Shown here: positions 58,106 to 64,000 of the stretch, piece after piece
How the letters are laid out: each line of letters begins with the position of its first letter
How positions within the stretch are numbered: the first letter of the stretch is position 1
Assembly (NCBI GenBank): GCA_943359595.1
Contig: CALRIA010000002.1
Location: 10,417-74,416, forward strand
Origin: Candidatus Magasanikiibacteriota bacterium
GTDB lineage: Bacteria > Patescibacteriota > Patescibacteriia > Magasanikbacterales > GWA2-37-8
Direction: 5' to 3'
Length of the DNA stretch: 64,000 nt
Translations under genes and position numbers: made by a program
The notes under the pieces: generated by a model
Databases searched by the model: none
Told to the model about the DNA's origin: nothing
What the model saw: only the letters and a program-made list of their open reading frames with translations

Positions 58106-58567
58106 TTATTTAATAGCGATGATCTCGTAGACCTGTTTTCCAGCTGGGGTTATAACCTCGACTTTGTCTTTTACCTCGTGTCTTAGAAAGGCTTGGCCTA
58201 GTGGTGATTCATTGGAAATAAAGCCTTTGACTGGGTCTATTTCTTGCGGCCCAACGATTGTATAATCTTTGGTTTTCCCATTGACAATTACCGTTACAGT
58301 ACAGCCGATAGTTACCACATCATTATTTGCGCTTTTATGAATAATTTCAGCATTTTGTAATAGTTGTTCTAGATCTTTGACTCGTCCTTGTGTCCAAGAC
58401 ATATCTTCTCTGGCTTGATGATATTCAGCATTTTCTGACAAATCCCCTTGTTGCTTGGCTTCATCAATACGTCTGGCGATATCTGGGATGGTTTTATCGC
58501 GAATAGTTGCCAATTCAATCTTTAGATTTTTTAAACTAGCTTCTGTTAAATATTGTATATTTTGCAT
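58106..58567 (-). CDS. greA: Transcription elongation factor GreA
   Basis: GDLSENAEY, ISNESPLG. Confidence 0.96.
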   Translation of the reverse strand: MQNIQYLTEASLKNLKIELATIRDKTIPDIARRIDEAKQQGDLSENAEYHQAREDMSWTQGRVKDLEQLLQNAEIIHKSANNDVVTIGCTVTVIVNGKTKDYTIVGPQEIDPVKGFISNESPLGQAFLRHEVKDKVEVITPAGKQVYEIIAIK

Positions 58568-58625
58568 ATAAAAAAATAAAATAAACTCGGAAGGAGTTTG
58601 TAAAACAATGATACCAGATTTAATA

Positions 58626-60605
58626 TTAATGTGTCAAATATTGTTTTCCCCACCAGCTCAAAAAATCTCGTGCTATCGGCATACTTACCACCGACCCTTG
58701 TCCACCTTCTTCGATTAAAACTGTAATTACGATTTGTGGATTTTCATATGGAGCAAAGGCGGTAAACCAGGCATGTTCGGGTTTGGTACTATTCCATTGA
58801 GCGGTACCTGTTTTGCCGGCTGATGTAAATGGTAAAGTTTGGAGTAACTTACAACTTCCGGTCAAAACACATTCACGCATTCCTTGACGAACAATGTCGA
58901 TAGTTTTGGATGAGACGACATTGGTGCTATTAGGTGGAAAAGAAAATTGTTCAACGTCAGTACCTTTGGATGAAACTTTCATGGCGACATGTGGTTTTAC
59001 TATTGTTCCACCGTTGGCAAAAGCCGCTGTCCAGACAGCCGCTTGAAGTGGAGTCACTAGCAAATCTCCCTGTCCAATAGATAGGTTATAAGTGTCGCCA
59101 ACATACCACGATTCACCCTTGTTAGTTTTTTTCCATTCTTTGCTTGGCAAAAATCCAGCTGATTCACTTGGTAAATCAATTCCAGTTTTTTTAGCCAAAT
59201 TAAATTTACGCATATATTCCAAAATTTTGTCTACTCCTAATCCAGTAAAATTGTCGTACCCGCCACCGATATAGTAAAAAAAAGTATTGACTGACCAAGC
59301 CAATGCCTTGGTCACATTGGTCGTGCCGTGTCCTCCTGCTTTCCAATCTTTGAAATACCATTTGCCTACATGTAAACCACCATTACTTAAAAATGTTTTG
59401 TTGACGTCAATAATATTTTCTTCCAATGCCGCGGCGGCTATAATTGGTTTGACGATAGAACCAGATGGAATATTTCCACTAATTGCTCTATTAAATAATG
59501 GCTTGTCTGGATTGTTAATATAATTTTGGTAGGCCTCTTGGGTGATTCCACTAGAAAAAAGATTATTATCAAAACTTGGCCAGCTTACGAGTGCAATAAT
59601 TTCACCATTTCTAGGGTCAAGTGCAATCGCTGAGATGCGGTGGTCACCTTTAGTGGCAACAAAGTTTTTTATTAGTTGTTCCAGTTTTTTTTGTGCTTCT
59701 AAATCGATAGTTAACCATAGATTCTTACCAGGAGTTGGCGGTTCTTCAGCTACTACATTTTGTTCTCTACCGCTAGAATTCACCTCGATTTTTTTTCGTC
59801 CATATATGCCACGGAGATTATTTTCATAGATTTTTTCTATACCAGATTTTCCAATATTGTCAGAGACTAGATATCCTTTAGAATGATTTTCTTCCAGCTC
59901 ATCATCGTTTAGTTTGCCTAAATATCCTAAAACATGAGATAGGGACATGGTACTGCTAGCTAAATTTTGATTATTAGAAAATATATAATTACGTTTGGTC
60001 CCACCTTCTATTAGTACTCCTGGCATTTGAGAACTTTCGATATATATTTTTAGTGAAGTGTCATAATCCAAATTATCTTTTAAGACTAGAGATTCGTAGC
60101 TATAATTTTTATATTTTAAAAGTAGATGTTGAATATAATCTTCGGTTACGTCAGATATAGATGCGAGTTTAAAAATTACTTCTTGTCTTTTATTTTTATC
60201 TATTGGTAAATCTTGAGGTATGATAGACAGGGAAAAATTTGGAACATTTTGCACTAGTTGTTTTCCGAAGCGATCAAAAATAATTCCTCTTTCAGCGATG
60301 ATTGGTCTAATTCGTATACGATTATTCTCGGCTAAATTATGGTAATAATCCCCTTTTAAAATTTGAGCATAAAAACTTCTCAATAGTATTATTATTAATC
60401 CTATTGATAAGATTAATATAAAAAATATTAAGCGTTTATTTAATATACTTTTGCCCAAATATTTACGTGTTCCGGCAACCGTGGCATGTTTGGAAGATAA
60501 ATTTTCTATATGGAGATTGTCTTCTACCCAATTATGTTTAAATTTACCATCTAATTTTTGCCAGTCACGATTGTCAGACTGGATTTCAAATAATTCCTCA
60601 CTCAT
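58626..60605 (-). CDS. mrdA: Penicillin-binding protein 2
   Basis: RGIIFDR, GKSGIE, GSIVKP (SxxK), SVN, KTGT. Lies downstream of mreBCD. Confidence 0.93.
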   Translation of the reverse strand: MSEELFEIQSDNRDWQKLDGKFKHNWVEDNLHIENLSSKHATVAGTRKYLGKSILNKRLIFFILILSIGLIIILLRSFYAQILKGDYYHNLAENNRIRIRPIIAERGIIFDRFGKQLVQNVPNFSLSIIPQDLPIDKNKRQEVIFKLASISDVTEDYIQHLLLKYKNYSYESLVLKDNLDYDTSLKIYIESSQMPGVLIEGGTKRNYIFSNNQNLASSTMSLSHVLGYLGKLNDDELEENHSKGYLVSDNIGKSGIEKIYENNLRGIYGRKKIEVNSSGREQNVVAEEPPTPGKNLWLTIDLEAQKKLEQLIKNFVATKGDHRISAIALDPRNGEIIALVSWPSFDNNLFSSGITQEAYQNYINNPDKPLFNRAISGNIPSGSIVKPIIAAAALEENIIDVNKTFLSNGGLHVGKWYFKDWKAGGHGTTNVTKALAWSVNTFFYYIGGGYDNFTGLGVDKILEYMRKFNLAKKTGIDLPSESAGFLPSKEWKKTNKGESWYVGDTYNLSIGQGDLLVTPLQAAVWTAAFANGGTIVKPHVAMKVSSKGTDVEQFSFPPNSTNVVSSKTIDIVRQGMRECVLTGSCKLLQTLPFTSAGKTGTAQWNSTKPEHAWFTAFAPYENPQIVITVLIEEGGQGSVVSMPIARDFLSWWGKQYLTH

Positions 60606-61150
60606 ATAATTCGTGAAGTTTCCAATATATATTCTGGACGTAAACGTTTTATAAACAAAGAGGAAATTAAATAAAATAATGATAAAGTAATAGCTGTAAT
60701 CAAAGCTTCATTTAAGAAAATTTTAATTAACGCCAGTGGTATCACGGAAGAATTTTTTTGAATTAATGAATTGCAGTATATTAATAATATAAATAATATA
60801 CGATAAATAATCATTGTTATTAAGCCGGTAAAAAAAATAATTATTAAAGATCGGTTTGTAAAAACATTGAGCAATAGCCAGTTGGCTAACAAAAGAGCAG
60901 ATATTTGAGAGAAACTTTCTAGACCAAATGGTGAGGTATAAAATAATTCACACACTAGCAAGGTATATGTGGCTATTAAAATATATTGTTGTCGAGGATT
61001 AAAAACAATCAACCAAAGAAAAACAGTCATGACAATGTTTAGCAGGTTGATTGGTTGATGAAAAATCATGCGCCAAGATAGATGCAATAATATTAATAAA
61101 TTAGCTAAACAGAAAGCGGATATTTTTTTAATAATATTATTAAAATGCAT
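60602..61150 (-). CDS. mreD: Rod-shape protein MreD-like membrane protein
   Basis: Hydrophobic protein located between mreC and mrdA. The call rests mainly on position. Confidence 0.65.
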   Translation of the reverse strand: MHFNNIIKKISAFCLANLLILLHLSWRMIFHQPINLLNIVMTVFLWLIVFNPRQQYILIATYTLLVCELFYTSPFGLESFSQISALLLANWLLLNVFTNRSLIIIFFTGLITMIIYRILFILLIYCNSLIQKNSSVIPLALIKIFLNEALITAITLSLFYLISSLFIKRLRPEYILETSRII

Positions 61151-61151
61151 A

Positions 61152-61919
61152 TTATTGGGTTGACAATATTCCGACAAAATTTATCTTTTCATAATCTACG
61201 GCTGGAGTGATAACTGCTTGTTGAAAAGGTTGATACGATTCATTCTCGATAACGGCTACTTTTCCGATAATTAAACCACGTGGCATTCCAAATTCCAAAC
61301 CGGAGGTAATAATTTCATCACCGGTAATAATATTTTCATTACGTGGTATAAAACTCATTTTTATACTCAATCCAAAACCTCCCTCGACTATTCCTAGACT
61401 ATGATCGGTATTTAAAATTGTGCCGGCAATTTTACTTTGATTATCGCTTAATACTCTGGCAAATGAAATATTTTCTTCCACTTTAATAATTTTCCCTACC
61501 AATATTCCATCACCGTAGATAACCGGCTGATCAATTTTTATATTGTCATTTGTTCCACGATTTAAAACGATGACTTGATCGGCTGTATCTAAGTTTTTGG
61601 CGACAATCTCTGCCGTTGCTAGAGTGGATGTACTATGTTTTTTAAAATTTAATTGATTTTTTAGATCAAAATTTTCTTGTTCAAGAATTTTATTTTTGAT
61701 TGTTATTTGGTCAGAACTGGATAGAGTGGCTATGTTCTGGCAAAGATCAGAATTGGAGATTTTTTGGATTTTAGTAGTGATTGGTTTTAAAACAAAAATT
61801 AAAGTATTTCTTAATTTATTTTCAAGAAAATTTAAGGCGCCTAAGTAATGAACAAAAATTATTAAAAAAAACATCCCTATCACCATTAAATAGGTTTTTT
61901 TTAACGAGTAATACCTCAT
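61152..61919 (-). CDS. mreC: Rod-shape protein MreC
   Basis: TM segment, coiled coil (LEQEN), LNRG, TSGL...PRGLIIG. Confidence 0.9.
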   Translation of the reverse strand: MRYYSLKKTYLMVIGMFFLIIFVHYLGALNFLENKLRNTLIFVLKPITTKIQKISNSDLCQNIATLSSSDQITIKNKILEQENFDLKNQLNFKKHSTSTLATAEIVAKNLDTADQVIVLNRGTNDNIKIDQPVIYGDGILVGKIIKVEENISFARVLSDNQSKIAGTILNTDHSLGIVEGGFGLSIKMSFIPRNENIITGDEIITSGLEFGMPRGLIIGKVAVIENESYQPFQQAVITPAVDYEKINFVGILSTQ

Positions 61920-61922
61920 AGT

Positions 61923-62969
61923 TTATGGTCTATGAAGTGGCGAATAGATAGCCACTTCTTTTAATAATTCTAAATCATCCAGCAACATTCCATTGCCGCG
62001 TACAACTGAAGTAAGTGGATCATCGGCGATTCTGACTGGGATCTCAGCAGCTCTGGCAATGAGACGATCAATTCCGCGCAAAAGAGCCCCACCGCCAGAA
62101 ATCAAAATTCCACGCTCATGAATATCTGCTACTAATTCTGGAGGTGAAGTTTCTAAAGTGGCTTTGACATTGTCTACAATCATTCTCAATGATTTGATTA
62201 TGGCTTCACGCACTTGAGAGTCATTGATCATTATTTCTTTTGGTAATCCAGTCAGTAGATCGCGACCACGCATTGGATACTGAAGTGCTTCTGAGAGTTC
62301 TATGGCTGAACCAATTTTCATTTTTATATCTTCCGCTTGACGTTCGCCTAATAATAAATTGAATTCATCACGGGCATATTGGACAATATTTCGATTCAAT
62401 TCGTCGCCCGCAATTTTGATTGATTTCCAACTCACTACACCGCTAAGTGATATTAAAGCGATTTCAGAAGTACCACCGCCAATTTCAACAATAAGATTGC
62501 CGACCGGTTCACGCACTGGCATACGAGCGCCGATAGCCGCCGCCATAGGTTCTTCTACAACCCATACTTCTTTGGCTCCGGCATTGGTGGTAGCATCAGC
62601 CACTGCTTTTCTTTCTACCTCAGTAATTTCTAGAGGTACGCCGATTACAACTTTTGGGCGTGAAAGAAAATTCTTTTCATCTTCATTAATTTTATCCAAA
62701 AAATAGCGCAACATTTTTTCAGTCACTTCAAAATCAGAAATAATGCCACCAATTAGGGGGCGTGGAGTGATGATGTGAGGAGGGGTTTTACCAACCATTT
62801 CTTTGGCTTGGTTGCCGACAGCTAGAATTTGTTCTGTACGAGTATTTATAGCCACTACGCTTGGTTCGTTGATAACAATGCCGCGATTTTTTACATATAT
62901 CAAAGTATTGGCTGTTCCCAAGTCAATTCCAAGATCTTTCCTAAAACGATTGAATAGAGAATCAAACAT
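61923..62969 (-). CDS. mreB: Rod-shape protein MreB
   Basis: GIDLGTAN, EPSVVA, EPMAAAIG, IGGGTSE, GGGALL. Start at ATG 62969. Confidence 0.97.
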   Translation of the reverse strand: MFDSLFNRFRKDLGIDLGTANTLIYVKNRGIVINEPSVVAINTRTEQILAVGNQAKEMVGKTPPHIITPRPLIGGIISDFEVTEKMLRYFLDKINEDEKNFLSRPKVVIGVPLEITEVERKAVADATTNAGAKEVWVVEEPMAAAIGARMPVREPVGNLIVEIGGGTSEIALISLSGVVSWKSIKIAGDELNRNIVQYARDEFNLLLGERQAEDIKMKIGSAIELSEALQYPMRGRDLLTGLPKEIMINDSQVREAIIKSLRMIVDNVKATLETSPPELVADIHERGILISGGGALLRGIDRLIARAAEIPVRIADDPLTSVVRGNGMLLDDLELLKEVAIYSPLHRP

Positions 62970-63360
62970 AATCACGATTGTTGTATTTGCGTCCGGTAAC
63001 AATGGCTCCTTCTAACACTATGTAGAGCAAAGCCAATAAAATAGCGTTCCACCAAAATAACAGATTAAATTGCAAAAGCAGCAATGATAGAATCACGAAT
63101 GCTCCAAATAAAATCCCTTGCTTAAAAGTTCTTTTAACTTGACGAAAAATTATTTCATCTTTGTCGGTTTTTTGTTTTTTTAAAAGCAGTCCAATTACTG
63201 AGAAAATTCCTACTGTTCCCAAAAATAAACTGGTATAGAAAAATAAAAACCCAATCAAGCCAGCTTGCTCTGGGGAGATATTTAACAAAATGAATAACCA
63301 GGCTACCCAGCACATGATAGTGCCGGTGGCCATTAACAGTAGATATTGTTTGAGGGTCAT
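62962..63360 (-). CDS. Hypothetical four-TM membrane protein
   Basis: Hydrophobic ORF co-oriented with mreB and overlapping its start. Confidence 0.7.
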   Translation of the reverse strand: MTLKQYLLLMATGTIMCWVAWLFILLNISPEQAGLIGFLFFYTSLFLGTVGIFSVIGLLLKKQKTDKDEIIFRQVKRTFKQGILFGAFVILSLLLLQFNLLFWWNAILLALLYIVLEGAIVTGRKYNNRDYV

Positions 63361-63417
63361 AACTTATTAAGTATAAACTAAAAAAAAAGGTTTGACAAGC
63401 AATTTTTTTTGGCTAAT

Positions 63418-63711
63418 TTAAGATAAATACCTTATATTTTGTACCATCGAACTACCACATTTGGCGTTCACTTTAGCCAATAGCTCCGCTTCTCTCATTC
63501 TTAGCTCTTGAGCCATAATTGAGCTTAGACAAGCAATGACCAGATTTCCATTTTTAATATATACAGCTTTGGCTAGTTTTTTGCCATTTTCTCCCCAATA
63601 TTCTTCAATAAAAATATTGGCCATGTCCACCGCGGCCGCCGATAAGACACCTTGCATAAAAGCGGATTTTCTTCCTTTAGATTTTAGGATGTCACCCATT
63701 GATTTCATCAT
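63418..63711 (-). CDS. DUF721/DciA-like protein
   Basis: AVYIKNGNLVIACLSSIMAQELRMREAELL resembles the DUF721 pattern. Confidence 0.7.
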   Translation of the reverse strand: MMKSMGDILKSKGRKSAFMQGVLSAAAVDMANIFIEEYWGENGKKLAKAVYIKNGNLVIACLSSIMAQELRMREAELLAKVNAKCGSSMVQNIRYLS

Positions 63712-64000
63712 ATGCGAAAGTCACAAATATCTCTAAAGTCACAATGTTTACAATTTTCAATACTTGGTTTTGGAGTAAAATTTTGTTTTTTTATTTCGGA
63801 GATTGTTTCGATCAATTTCTCTTTTTCCTTTTCAATCTCTTTGTCGCTACCTTTGAAAGCGATTGAGCTGTTATCGGTAAGGAAATAATAACGCAATTCC
63901 CCCACCTCGCCCAATTCACGTAATTCCATCACACTTTCATTGGCGATTTGGTAAATCAATAGTTGGCGTTTATCATCTGGTTTTAATTTATCTTTTGGTT
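63708..64000 (-). CDS. C-terminus of a PD-(D/E)XK nuclease domain (AddB/UvrD-fusion type); 5' end outside the window
   Basis: Frame is open to the window end. QLLIY motif and C-terminal CKHCDFRDIC. Confidence 0.75.
   Translation of the reverse strand, partial: PKDKLKPDDKRQLLIYQIANESVMELRELGEVGELRYYFLTDNSSIAFKGSDKEIEKEKEKLIETISEIKKQNFTPKPSIENCKHCDFRDICDFRI

Noticed and set aside
1-64000. Alternative genetic code (UGA read as Gly or Trp)
   Set aside because: TGA cleanly ends intact genes (e.g. at 349 and 40559), and conserved proteins are full length under code 11.

Overview
AT-rich bacterial chromosome segment using standard code 11 (TGA is a stop). It is most consistent with a Patescibacteria/CPR (Parcubacteria-like) genome: most starts lack a Shine-Dalgarno, AlaRS is short, and surface proteins carry CPR-type repeats. 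This assignment is an inference. Positions 12.5-64 kb are mostly housekeeping: mnmA, alaS, infA-rpmJ-rpsM-rpsK-rpsD-rpoA-rplQ-rplM-rpsI, glycan genes, fmt/def/priA, clpB with a perfect CIRCE, a DipZ-MsrB-MsrA-Bcp redox cluster, gltX, ddl, a Xer-like recombinase, ftsQ, alr, typA, serS, lysS, greA and mrdA-mreDCB. The standout is the first 12.4 kb. It holds a tandem array of at least seven paralogs, each ending in a conserved swivelling phospho-histidine (PEP-utilizer mobile) domain; the six fully visible copies each carry a divergent ~250-400 aa N-terminal region. Alongside them are one stand-alone ATP-grasp (PEP/pyruvate-binding) subunit and three histidine-phosphatase-family genes. This looks like a modular split-dikinase system (one ATP donor, many specificity modules) with its own phosphatases. 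Other oddities: RpoA without its alpha-CTD, a helicase-degenerate PriA, LysRS-DUF2000 and HAM1-NUDIX fusions, an uncalled HNH gene next to the recombinase, and several structured intergenic RNAs.
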